A DNA stretch of 64,000 bases from assembly GCA_965221165.1 (NCBI GenBank), contig CBDCRP010000003.1, positions 1,440,001 to 1,504,000 of the forward strand, written 5' to 3'. The stretch comes from a bacterium. GTDB taxonomy: Bacteria > UBA8248. Positions 9,799 to 19,000 of the stretch are shown here, piece after piece. The number at the start of each line of letters is the position of its first letter. Position 1 is the first letter of the stretch. Position numbers and translations under genes: made by a program. The notes under the pieces were generated by a model. The model saw nothing but the letters and a program-made list of their open reading frames with translations. It was not told the origin of the DNA and ran no database searches.

Positions 9799-10195
9799 GC
9801 GCGTGCAGTCGCTGCGCGAGGAGGGCCGCTCGAGCCGCGCCTAGCTGTGGACCTCGGTCAGCGAGGACGTGGTCTACTTCCACGTCGACTCCTCACGCGG
9901 CGCAGAGGTCGCGAAGAAGTTGTTCGCCACGACCGGCCGACATACGGTCATCGTCTGCGACCGCTACGGCGCCTACAAGAAGCTGGCGCGCATTCCCGGG
10001 GGTCTGGTAACCCTCGCATGGTGTTGGGTCCACGTACGCAGGGATTTCATCCACTGCGCCGCCGGTCAGGTGCGGCTGACGCGGTGGCGCCGGAGATGGA
10101 TCGAGCGGATTGCGCTGCTCTATCGCCTGAACGAGGCGCGCCTGGCCCGTTACGACCCAGGGATCGAACGGCAGGGCGCGGCGTTCGACGCGGCG
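9799..10195 (+). pseudogene. IS66-family transposase (TnpC) fragment
   Basis: RA*LWT (internal TAG), [14 protein letters not shown] and [11 protein letters not shown] motifs. Truncated at both ends. Confidence 0.8.
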
Positions 10196-10434
10196 CGTGG
10201 GCCTCGCCCCAGAGCCGCGTGGTCCTCTCCCGCGCTTCTTTGGAAGCGCAAGAGCGCGCCTACGAGGCCGCGTTCGCTGGCCGAGACGTGCCGCGTCCCC
10301 CCCACTGGGGCGGTTACGTCCTGAAACCTCATACTGTCGAGTTCTGGCAGCACAGGGACAGCCGTCTCCACGACCGTGTGCGCTACACGCTGGAGACGGA
10401 TGGAGAATGGAGCGTCGAGAGACTGGGGCCGTAG
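10193..10434 (+). pseudogene. pdxH: Pyridoxamine 5'-phosphate oxidase C-terminal fragment
   Basis: GAWASPQSR...[10 protein letters not shown]...VEFWQ.R.SRLHDR...W.VERLGP. The N-terminal two thirds are replaced by IS66 sequence. Confidence 0.85.
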
Positions 10435-10469
10435 TACCTAACGGATTATTACCAAAGGAAAACCACGCC

Positions 10470-10910
10470 ATGCCCATGAAGAATCCGCCCCATCCGGGCC
10501 TTTCCGTCGCCCAAGATTGCCTGGAGCCGCTACGTTTAAGCGTAACGGAAGCCGCCCGGAAGCTCGGCGTGAGCCGCAAAGGATTATCCCGCCTCGTCAA
10601 CTGCCGTTCGGGCATCTCTCCCGAGATGGCGATTCGCCTGGATAAAGCCTTCGGCGGGGGTGCGGAAGTGTGGTATCGCCTCCAGACGGCCTACGACTTC
10701 GAACAAGCGACCAGATACCACAAAGCGAGCACAACGAGCACCGGATACGAAGAGCTCGCAGTTGGCTCAGCCAGAGCAGAAAAGTCACCTCGGAAGAGGA
10801 GAAATTCATTTGTCTGTGGATCGCCTTCAACGCGGCCTACGGCGGTGAACCGACCGGCCAAAACGGGGCTCCCGACTCCGAGAGATTCACGAACTTTTTG
10901 GAAGATATAA
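10470..10910 (+). CDS. higA: HigA-family antitoxin (XRE HTH); native C-terminus replaced by out-of-frame read-through into HEPN copy 1
   Basis: [10 protein letters not shown]...[46 protein letters not shown] after SD AAAGGA. HigA similarity ends near 10710. No higB upstream. Confidence 0.8.
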   Translation: MPMKNPPHPGLSVAQDCLEPLRLSVTEAARKLGVSRKGLSRLVNCRSGISPEMAIRLDKAFGGGAEVWYRLQTAYDFEQATRYHKASTTSTGYEELAVGSARAEKSPRKRRNSFVCGSPSTRPTAVNRPAKTGLPTPRDSRTFWKI

Positions 10911-11332
10911 TCAACTGCGACACACGGAAAGAAATAGAGAACATTCTCTGGGAAACATATTCCGGGCCAATCCGGGTTCTTTTGCAAAACCAGTATGTAT
11001 TCGCTCCATTCTGGGAATGGGTGCGGGAACCGTCGACGGACAACGACTGGCGCAGACGATTCGAGCGTATCAACGCCAGAATAAACAGGGCCCTAGGAAA
11101 AAGAGATGTACACGGCGTCTTTACGGAAGTTTTCTGGCGGCTGTATCAATTGCGCAACCAGGTTTTCCACGGCGGCGTGACGTTCGCCGAGGGATGGGGG
11201 CGGACGCAACTCAGGGACGGCAGCCGCATCATGGCGGAGGTCGTTCCGGTGATTCTCGACGTCATGGATGAAAACCCCAAGTCCGATTGGGGAAAGGTCG
11301 CCTACCCCAGGGTCGGCGAGAATCCGGATTAG
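10670..11332 (+). CDS. HEPN-domain putative RNase, copy 1 (native leader and start lost)
   Basis: [28 protein letters not shown] (RxxxxH) and WGKVAYP. Homology to copies 2-4 begins near 10712. The GTG start is doubtful. Confidence 0.7.
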   Translation: MVSPPDGLRLRTSDQIPQSEHNEHRIRRARSWLSQSRKVTSEEEKFICLWIAFNAAYGGEPTGQNGAPDSERFTNFLEDIINCDTRKEIENILWETYSGPIRVLLQNQYVFAPFWEWVREPSTDNDWRRRFERINARINRALGKRDVHGVFTEVFWRLYQLRNQVFHGGVTFAEGWGRTQLRDGSRIMAEVVPVILDVMDENPKSDWGKVAYPRVGENPD

Positions 11333-11502
11333 GAGCGGGTTGAACGCCTCCGCACTCGCGAACACCCCCGATGGTGTGCGCTCTCCTATCAAACAACCAG
11401 ACATGAGCGACCCCTCCACGACCCGCGTCCTCACCTCTCGCGAATGAGAGCAAAACGCCCTCACATGGAATGTAAAACTTTGGTAAAGATCGCCGAAAAA
11501 TG

Positions 11503-11531
11503 TTGAAATCCGCAGCGGAACAACCTATACA
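11503..11531 (+). promoter_or_regulatory. Sigma70-like promoter, HEPN unit 2
   Basis: TTGAAA-17 bp-TATACA, at the same position in three units. Confidence 0.65.
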
Positions 11532-11561
11532 AACATGGAGTATCCAAGCCCGAACAACAAG

Positions 11562-11670
11562 GAGAAGGTTCCTCCCCGATGAGGAAACCCCACGAGGGTT
11601 TTATCGCGTCGGAGCAATCGGGGAGTTAATTTCATCGTCGCGTGCCGAGACGGCGGTGAGAGGACTCACG
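11562..11670 (+). ncRNA. Conserved structured leader RNA candidate, unit 2
   Basis: CTCCCCGAT (11572-80) pairs with ATCGGGGAG (11617-25). Inner ACGA-loop hairpin. Downstream hairpin over the SD. Repeated before copies 3 and 4. Confidence 0.55.
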
Positions 11671-12354
11671 ATGACGCGAATCAGTGAATACATGCTCCAA
11701 AGAGAGCACAACCAACACCGGATGCGGCGTGCCTACGGTTGGCTCGAGCGGAGCGAAAAAGCCGATGCCACCGAGGGGAAATTCATCTTTCTGTGGATTG
11801 CCTTCAACGCGGCCTACGGGGCCGAGGAGAGCGCCATCCTGGAAAACCAACTCACCGAGAACCTGAAGATCAGGAACTTCTTGCGCGAAATCCTGAAACG
11901 CGATGTGCACAAAAAGATAGATGCCATCCTGCTCAAGAAGCATTCCGGTGCAGTTCGGGTTCTTCTGGAGAATCAGTACCTGTTCAAACTCTTCTGGCGG
12001 TGGGTGCGGGATCCGTCGAGGACCTATAACTGGCGCAAAGGGTTCGAATCCAACAGAGACAGAATAAGAAGCGCCCTGGAAGAAAGAGACGTACTCGTCG
12101 TTTTCAGCGAAGTCTTCCGGCGGCTGTATGGACTGCGCAACCAGGTCTTCCACGGGGACATGACGTTCACCAAAGGATGGGGCCAGACCCAGTTCAGGGA
12201 CGCCACTCGCATCATGGCCGACGTCGTTCCGGTGATTCTCGAGATCATGAAGGGCGACATCGACGCGAACCCCGCATCCGGAATCTGGGGAAAGGTCGCC
12301 TACCCTCGGATCAGCGACAGCGCGCATCCGAAACCGCAGGAGGGGCGTTCGTGA
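11671..12354 (+). CDS. HEPN-domain putative RNase, copy 2
   Basis: ATG 11671 after SD GAGAGG, with [10 protein letters not shown] and LRNQVFHG. Confidence 0.85.
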   Translation: MTRISEYMLQREHNQHRMRRAYGWLERSEKADATEGKFIFLWIAFNAAYGAEESAILENQLTENLKIRNFLREILKRDVHKKIDAILLKKHSGAVRVLLENQYLFKLFWRWVRDPSRTYNWRKGFESNRDRIRSALEERDVLVVFSEVFRRLYGLRNQVFHGDMTFTKGWGQTQFRDATRIMADVVPVILEIMKGDIDANPASGIWGKVAYPRISDSAHPKPQEGRS

Positions 12355-12384
12355 ACGTGGGGGCGTTCACGAACGCCCCCCTGC
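12336..12384. repeat. Long GC-rich inverted repeat (REP-like hairpin) at the end of HEPN copy 2
   Basis: GGGGCGTTCGTGAACG-TGGGGG-CGTTCACGAACGCCCC, a perfect 16-bp stem. Confidence 0.75.
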
Positions 12385-12470
12385 ACGACCCGCGTCCTCA
12401 CCCTCTCGCGAATGAGAGCAAAACGCCCTCACATGGAATGTAAAATTTTGGTAAAGATCGCCGAAATATA

Positions 12471-12499
12471 TTGAAATCCGCAGCGGAAAAACCTATACA
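12471..12499 (+). promoter_or_regulatory. Sigma70-like promoter, HEPN unit 3
   Basis: TTGAAA-17 bp-TATACA. Confidence 0.65.
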
Positions 12500-12530
12500 A
12501 ACATCGAGGGTCCAACTCTCAAAAGAAAAC

Positions 12531-12641
12531 GAGAAGGTACCTCCCCGATGAGGAAAACCCACGGGGGTTATATCGCGTCGGAGCAATCGGGGAGTTCTCT
12601 TCCACCGGCCCGTGTCCAGGCGGCGGTGAGAGGCCCCGAAG
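12531..12641 (+). ncRNA. Conserved structured leader RNA candidate, unit 3
   Basis: CTCCCCGAT (12541-49) pairs with ATCGGGGAG (12586-94). Inner AACCC-ACGG-GGGTT hairpin. CTCT..CACCG/CGGTGAGAG hairpin over the SD. Confidence 0.55.
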
Positions 12642-13310
12642 ATGACTCGAAACAACGACGATACACCCCAAAGAGAGCACAACGAACACCGGATGCGGCG
12701 TGCCTTCGGTTGGCTCGATCGGAGCGAAAAAGCCGGGGCCAACGAGGGGAAATTCATCTTTCTGTGGATCGCCTTCAACGCGGCCTACGGAGCCGAGTCG
12801 ATCGGCATCGATGAAGACAATCCCAAAGAGAACGGAAGCATCGGGACCTTCCTGCGCAAGATCATCGAACGCGACGAACATAAAAAAATAGATGCCATCC
12901 TCTGGGAGAAGCACCCCGAACCGATCCGGATTCTTCTGAACAATCAGTATATGTTCAGACCCTTCTGGCAGTGGGTGCGCGGCGATCCGGAGGGTGCGGA
13001 CTGGCGCGAGCGATTCGAGGCCGACAATGAACGGACGGAAAGAGCCATCGAGAACCAGGACGTGGGCGGCGTCTTCATGGAAGTTTTCCGGCGGCTGTAT
13101 GAATTGCGCAACCAGATCTTCCACGGGGGCGTGACGTTCGCCGAAGGATGGGGCGAGACCCAGTTCAGGGACGCCACTCGCATCATGGCGGAGCTCGTTC
13201 CGGTGATTCTCGAGATCATGAAAGCCGACATCGACGCGAACCCCGCATCCGAAATCTGGGGAAAGGCCGCCTCCCCCCGGATCAACGACAGCGGGAAGAA
13301 AGAATCGTAA
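12642..13310 (+). CDS. HEPN-domain putative RNase, copy 3
   Basis: [10 protein letters not shown] and LRNQIFHGG, SD GAGAGG. Confidence 0.85.
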   Translation: MTRNNDDTPQREHNEHRMRRAFGWLDRSEKAGANEGKFIFLWIAFNAAYGAESIGIDEDNPKENGSIGTFLRKIIERDEHKKIDAILWEKHPEPIRILLNNQYMFRPFWQWVRGDPEGADWRERFEADNERTERAIENQDVGGVFMEVFRRLYELRNQIFHGGVTFAEGWGETQFRDATRIMAELVPVILEIMKADIDANPASEIWGKAASPRINDSGKKES

Positions 13311-13388
13311 GCAGCGCGCATGTACGGCCCCTCCAAGACAAACAGAAATGCCCCTGCAAGAGGGGGTGTAATTTTCCGGCCGGGGCGG

Positions 13389-13417
13389 TTGAATTTCGAA
13401 GACCAAAACCCTATCAT
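13389..13417 (+). promoter_or_regulatory. Sigma70-like promoter, HEPN unit 4
   Basis: TTGAAT-17 bp-TATCAT. The spacer sequence has diverged but the boxes and spacing are kept. Confidence 0.65.
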
Positions 13418-13450
13418 AAAAAATGGAGGACCCAACTCTAAAAAGAAAAA

Positions 13451-13561
13451 GAGAAGGTTCCTCCCCGATGAGGGAAACCCACGGGGATTGTATCGCGTCC
13501 GTGCAGTCGGGGAGTTCTCTTCCACCGGCCCATGTCCAGGCGGCGGTGAGAGGCCCCGAAG
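13451..13561 (+). ncRNA. Conserved structured leader RNA candidate, unit 4
   Basis: CTCCCCGAT (13461-69) pairs with GTCGGGGAG (13506-14, a U-G wobble keeps the pairing). Same 54-nt span as units 2 and 3. Confidence 0.55.
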
Positions 13562-14230
13562 ATGATTCGAACCACCATACAGATATCCCAAAGCGAGCAT
13601 AACGAACACCGGATGCGGCGTGCCTTCAGTTGGCTCGATCTAAGCGAAAAAGCCCAGACCAACGAGGGGAAATTCATCTTTCTGTGGATCGCCTTCAACG
13701 CGGCCTACGGGGCCGAGCCGACCGTCATGGATGACCCCCCCCTCACCGAGAACCGACTGATCAGGAACTTCCTGCACGAAATCCTGAAACGCGATGAACA
13801 TAAAAAGATAGATGCCATCCTGCTGGAGAAGCATTCCGGACCGATCCGGGTTATTCTGGAGAATCCCTACGTGTTCAAACTCTTCTGGCGATGGGCCTGG
13901 CATTCGTCGAGCGCCTATAACTGGCGCAGAGGATTCGACTCCAACAGAGAGAAAATAAGAAACGCCCTGGAAGAAAGAGACGTGCTCGTCGTTTTCAGCG
14001 AAGTCTTCCGGCGGCTGTATGAACTGCGCAACCAGGTCTTCCACGGGGGCATGACGTTCGCCAAAGGATGGGGCCAGACCCAGCTCGGGGACGCCACGCG
14101 CATCATGGCCGACGTCGTTCCGGTGATTCTCGAGATCATGAAGGCCGACATCGACGCGAACCCCGCATCCGAAATCTGGGGAAAGGTCGCCTATCCCCGG
14201 ATCGGCAAAAACGAATTTCAGGAACCATAA
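13562..14230 (+). CDS. HEPN-domain putative RNase, copy 4
   Basis: [19 protein letters not shown] and WGKVAYP. Confidence 0.85.
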   Translation: MIRTTIQISQSEHNEHRMRRAFSWLDLSEKAQTNEGKFIFLWIAFNAAYGAEPTVMDDPPLTENRLIRNFLHEILKRDEHKKIDAILLEKHSGPIRVILENPYVFKLFWRWAWHSSSAYNWRRGFDSNREKIRNALEERDVLVVFSEVFRRLYELRNQVFHGGMTFAKGWGQTQLGDATRIMADVVPVILEIMKADIDANPASEIWGKVAYPRIGKNEFQEP

Positions 14231-14744
14231 GGGCCGCGCGCCTGCGGCCCGGGTACGCGGCACGCGCCGGACGAGGGGCCGAGAATCGGCATTTTTACCC
14301 GATAAACATGGCGACCACCGCGAAACGATTGGGCCGTGGGACGACGACTCACGCCATTTTCAGGCTATTTTGGACGCACGATGGTCAGGCCGGGAGCAAC
14401 CCGGCCTCTTGAATATGGGATGGCGCGAACCGCCTCCTCATACTCACATGTGAATGAAAAACGCCCGCGCGGGGTGGGGCGTCTCACAAGGGAGATGACA
14501 CAGAATGCCTTGCGCGCCCCCTCCTGGATGGTTGCCCCCTCTGCGCAGCCGGGATTGATCCGCATTTGCCCGCATTTGCGGCCCCTCGGCTCCAGGCTTT
14601 CCGCGCTATGCCGCATGGCCGCGAGAGGTCGATTCCCGGACGGTTCCATATCTGAAAAAATGGTAAAAAATAGCGAAAAACAGGGAAAATAACGGATAAT
14701 AAGTGAAAATTTATATAGCTGAATTTGAAGGGGTTATGTCTTTT

Positions 14745-15986
14745 TCAGCCGATGACGACGTGCTCGCGGACCGGCTCGCCCAAGTGCTCCATCCCCGTCT
14801 CGGTAACCAGCACGGTGTACTCCGCATGCACGCCGCCCTCACCGAACCTGCCGGAGGGCAATTCCACCGAGAGCACCGCTCCCGCGGGCAGCGGGATGTC
14901 TGAATTCTCGGGCAGGAAGGGGTCGTCGAGCTTCACGGGCTCGCTCAGCGTATAGGGCAACTCGCGCGCCTCGATGCCTATCGTGTGCCCGCAGAAGGCG
15001 CCGTTATAGCGCGGCAGACCCGATTTTTTCGCCGCCGCCACCGCCGCGCGAAAAATATCGGACGGCCGCACCCCCGCCCTGATCACTCCGAAGGCGGCCT
15101 CGAGCCCCGCCTGAACGGCGTTCCACTGCGACTTGCGCTCCGCATCCGGCTCGCCGAACGAACCGCAACAGCCCACATCCGCGCAGTAGTGATTCAACCG
15201 CATTCCAGCGTCAAAGAAAAAACCGTCGCCGGGTTCGAATTTCCTTTCAGAGGGCGGAAAAATGGAGGCCGAACGCCTCCCGCCACCCAGATGAAACCAG
15301 CTCCATTTGCCGCCTCCGGCGGCCACGGTTCGGTAATAATGACTCGCCACTTCGCGCTCGGTTCGCCCCGCGGCCATCTCCTGGTGGAAGGCGACGACGG
15401 CCTGTTCGTTCAAAAGCGCCGCGGCGCGCATGCGCTCAATCTCTTCTTCCGTCTTCTGAAGGCGAATCAGCCGAAACAGATTCGAGGCATCCAGAAAAGA
15501 TATGCCCGGTAAATCCGCCTCCAGAGCGCGGCGCGTGCCCGGGCGGATTCCCTCGCTATCGAGCGCCACTTTCCCGCTCGACAAGCCCCGCTCCCGCAAA
15601 ATCCTGAGCATGGCATCGGTAGAATTCGCCTCGCGCGGGGCGTCTTCGGCGATTAAGGATATGTAATTCTTCTCCTCTTCGGTCTCTCCCGTCTCGCCGG
15701 GCGCCATATCGAGCGCCGAGCGGGGGCCATAGCCCCTCACGTCCTCGATCCATGAGCCCGTCGCCGCGTAGTAGGTCTCGTCCTGCCGGGAGAGTATCAA
15801 CCCGGGCGGAGAGGCAGGATCCCGAAAAAACAGCGCGAAGGTCTCCGTCGTGGCGTCGCCGTATGTATATTGGGCCCAGCCCTGAAAACCCGAGAGATAC
15901 AAGACGTTGTGCCGTGTCGTCGCTACCAGCGCGTCGAGATCGAACCTCTCCATGAACTCGAGAGCGCGTTGTTTGTGAAAAAGCAT
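14745..15986 (-). CDS. M24 (Xaa-Pro peptidase/creatinase-like) family hydrolase
   Basis: Creatinase-like N-terminal domain (NVLYLSGF), KTEEEIERMR, and metal ligands in DAG...Y.AD, GHTIG, SVE and AEY. Confidence 0.88.
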   Translation of the reverse strand: MLFHKQRALEFMERFDLDALVATTRHNVLYLSGFQGWAQYTYGDATTETFALFFRDPASPPGLILSRQDETYYAATGSWIEDVRGYGPRSALDMAPGETGETEEEKNYISLIAEDAPREANSTDAMLRILRERGLSSGKVALDSEGIRPGTRRALEADLPGISFLDASNLFRLIRLQKTEEEIERMRAAALLNEQAVVAFHQEMAAGRTEREVASHYYRTVAAGGGKWSWFHLGGGRRSASIFPPSERKFEPGDGFFFDAGMRLNHYCADVGCCGSFGEPDAERKSQWNAVQAGLEAAFGVIRAGVRPSDIFRAAVAAAKKSGLPRYNGAFCGHTIGIEARELPYTLSEPVKLDDPFLPENSDIPLPAGAVLSVELPSGRFGEGGVHAEYTVLVTETGMEHLGEPVREHVVIG

Positions 15987-16022
15987 TAACACCTCAAAGA
16001 AACGGATATTTATCGTTGAATA

Positions 16023-19000
16023 TTAGCTTTTTTTGTAATCCTTGATTTGCCGGATAAGCGGAATCCCGCCGCAAACCAGGCCCGCTATCAGCATGGTGAT
16101 GCTGAAGAAAATAACGAACAGGATGAACGCGACGAAGCAAACGAACAAGAGTATCCGCTCGTATTTATAGAGCCTTTCCAGAAGCCAGCCTTGTGTTCCC
16201 GCCGAGAAGGCGATGAAGCCCAGGAGCGTCATGGAAGCTGACAGAGCGACGCGCAATGGATGCGCGAACGTGAGCAGGGCCGGGTCGAACATGAACAAAA
16301 AGGGTACGATAAAGCCCACGATGGCGAAGCGAAGAGACATCATGGACGTCTTGAAATAGGGCGCGCCCGCCAGTTTGGCCGCCACGAGCGAGGCTATCGC
16401 CACGGGCGGCGTAATGGCGGAGAGTATCGCGAAATAGAAGATGAACATATGGGCGGCTACACGGTCTCCTTTGGCGGCCACGAACTCCTTGGCCCATTCC
16501 GCTCCATAGACATGGGCGAGTTCAGGACCAACGAGTTTAATCAGTACGGGTCCACCCAAAATAGCGAGCAGCACGTATGCCGCCGTCGTCGGCATGCCCA
16601 TTCCCAATATCGCACAGCAAATCGCCGTGAGCAGCAACGCGACGAAGAAACCATCAAGACCGATATAATATGCGCACCCCCCGCCCACAGCGGCGCCGAA
16701 CAGGCATATATCATTAGCGAGGGTTTCTATCATGTAAGCAAACTTGTTACCCACGCCCGTGATGCTCAGAACCTGAACGACGACTTCGATGGTGGCCAGC
16801 GTCACGGCGAATTCAGCCCCTTGCCTGCCCCCTACCCTCAAAGCATTGCGAATGCTGAAAATCCAGTTGGAAGCACTCTGCGCGGCTTGTACGCCTGCGC
16901 CCGTCTCGCCCGTATTCTTTGCCCGCTGCAGATAGGTAAACGGATTACAAGATACGGCCAATACTTGTTTCACGCTCGGCGTCGCGCTATCGGCGTCAGA
17001 TTCTTGCGAGCCGAACGAGAAAATGACCTTCTGCACGATAATGGCCAATCCAAAAAAGATCAGGGCATCATAGATGAACCCGAAGGGAACGAACCATTCG
17101 CCGAAATTCGCTATTGGGGGGGCAAGAGCGTAAATCCCTTTTTGCACGTAATATGCGCCCACCCAAATCATGACGAAATACCAGGGTATGGTCGTGGTGG
17201 GTTGCGCCCGGTTTCCCCTGAAAACAGACCATCCACTGAGCAAAGCCAGCACAATGGCGGCCCCGGCCACGCCGGAAGACCAGCCGAAAGCATTCCATAA
17301 GGCCAGCAAAGTGAGGGGAAAGACGGCAAGCCAGTTGCGCTCTATCTCGTTCCAGAATTCACCCACCCAGGAGAAGATGCGGGTGAAAACACTTATCAGA
17401 ACGAACCCGGTGACGCCCAATGCCAGAGCGGCCCGTATGGCACCGCCCCAGGCTGGTTTTCCGTAGACGCCCAACGGCGCCCCGAAACCCAATTCGAGAA
17501 TCGAGAGGAAGGCGAACAAGAAGAAGGTAAAAACCCAAAACGTAACCGGCACAAAAACGAATACTTCATCGGCGATTGTCCTATCGCCCCTCCTCATCGT
17601 ACCCAAGAATTCCGTCACGTTTCGGTAAAACCAAATGCCCACCATGATGAAAACCGACATGACACCCGCAAACACGGGCGTTCTGCCCTCAAAGAGGAAA
17701 TAGACCAAAAACGCCAGGGGCACGAGATAGAACCACCCATTCTTGAGTTCCGCTTTCCAACTCGGAATCTCGGAAGCAGGCAATGGCTTGATATTCAGCG
17801 CACCAGCGGCGAAATGGATGTTAATCCCCACAATGGTGAAATACAAAATGGCCGGTATGGTGGCATATCCGATAATCTGGAAATATGGCACTTCGATGAG
17901 CTCACTCATGATGAAGGCGCCCGCCCCCATGACAGGCGGCATGATCTGCCCCCCGCTGCTGGCCGCCGCTTCCGCCGCTCCTGCAATGTGTGGGCTTAGC
18001 CCGATTCGCTTCATCAGGGGAATCGTGAATGTGCCGGTGGTCACGACGTTACCGGATGCGCTGCCCGACACCGTACCCATGAGCGCACTTGAACCCACTG
18101 CGGCGAGACCTGCGCCCGCGCGCATCTTTCCAAACAGGCCCAAGGCGAAATTCACGAAAAAGCGGCCCGCACCCGATTCATGCAAGAACGCTCCTAAAAT
18201 CAAAAACATGATGATGAAGGTAGCCGAGATGACGACCAAAAAGCCCAATACCCCACCGATGAAATCGGTCGAGAGTTTCGCCTGAAGTTCTATCCACGTA
18301 TGGCCGCCATGGCCAAAAGGAGGCGCGAACAGATTGCCCCAGATCCCGTAGGCCAAGGAAATCATCGCCAATGTCGGAAGCGGAGGGCCGAAACAACGCC
18401 TTGTTAATTCGATAGCGACGACAATCATGACGAAGCCGACGCGCGCATCACCGATTGTCGGAGCGCCGGGGCGATCAACCATCTCTTCATGGTAGTAGAA
18501 TAAGTACAGGCAGGCCGTCGCTACGAAAAAAAGCATGCCGGCATTCAAGCCAATGGTGAACCCGGCCGGAAAAGGGTGAGCCGGATACTCTTCAAATACC
18601 TCTTTGATGCGCCTTTTGGCCCAAAAAAGAGGAAAAGCGAATACAACCACCGGCCAAAGGGACAAGACACTTCTCACCTCATCGCTTTGCCCGGCCCATA
18701 AACCTACCCGCCATCCGATTAGAACAAGCGCTACGAAAAATACAACGAGAAAAACACCCGCTTTTTTCACCCCCTCGGAAGGCCTGAAGAAAACCGCGAA
18801 CAAGGTCCACATCGTGGGTATGGCGGAGCATGCAATTAACAACCACCAAAAGGTGGGCTCATGCGTGCTTTCTGGCAAAGAATCCCAATACCAGAACAGT
18901 ATAGGCGCAGGAACTAAGCCCAAAAACCAGAGAAAAAGCGCGAGCCAAGATTTCTCGACGACCATCATCGCTATCCAAATAGCGAACGGGAGCGCATAAA

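Noticed and set aside
9619-10434. 271-aa track ORF as a real gene
   Set aside because: It is a chance read-through across antisense IS3, off-frame IS66 and the pdxH fragment.
11576-11600. Leader as a hammerhead ribozyme (CCGATGAG-GAAA) or guanidine-II riboswitch (ACGR loop)
   Set aside because: The hammerhead core needs CUGANGA plus stem II before GAAA, and both are absent. Guanidine-II needs two ACGR hairpins and only one is seen per leader.
11417-13561. Intergenic repeats as a CRISPR array or Cas13-like locus
   Set aside because: The repeats are 110-250 bp and separated by whole genes. There is no short repeat-spacer periodicity, no cas genes, and the proteins are small single-HEPN proteins.
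14430-14495. Fifth HEPN unit after copy 4
   Set aside because: Only faint similarity to the upstream repeat (CCTCA..CTC..GAATGA..AAACGCCC). No promoter, leader stem or ORF follows.
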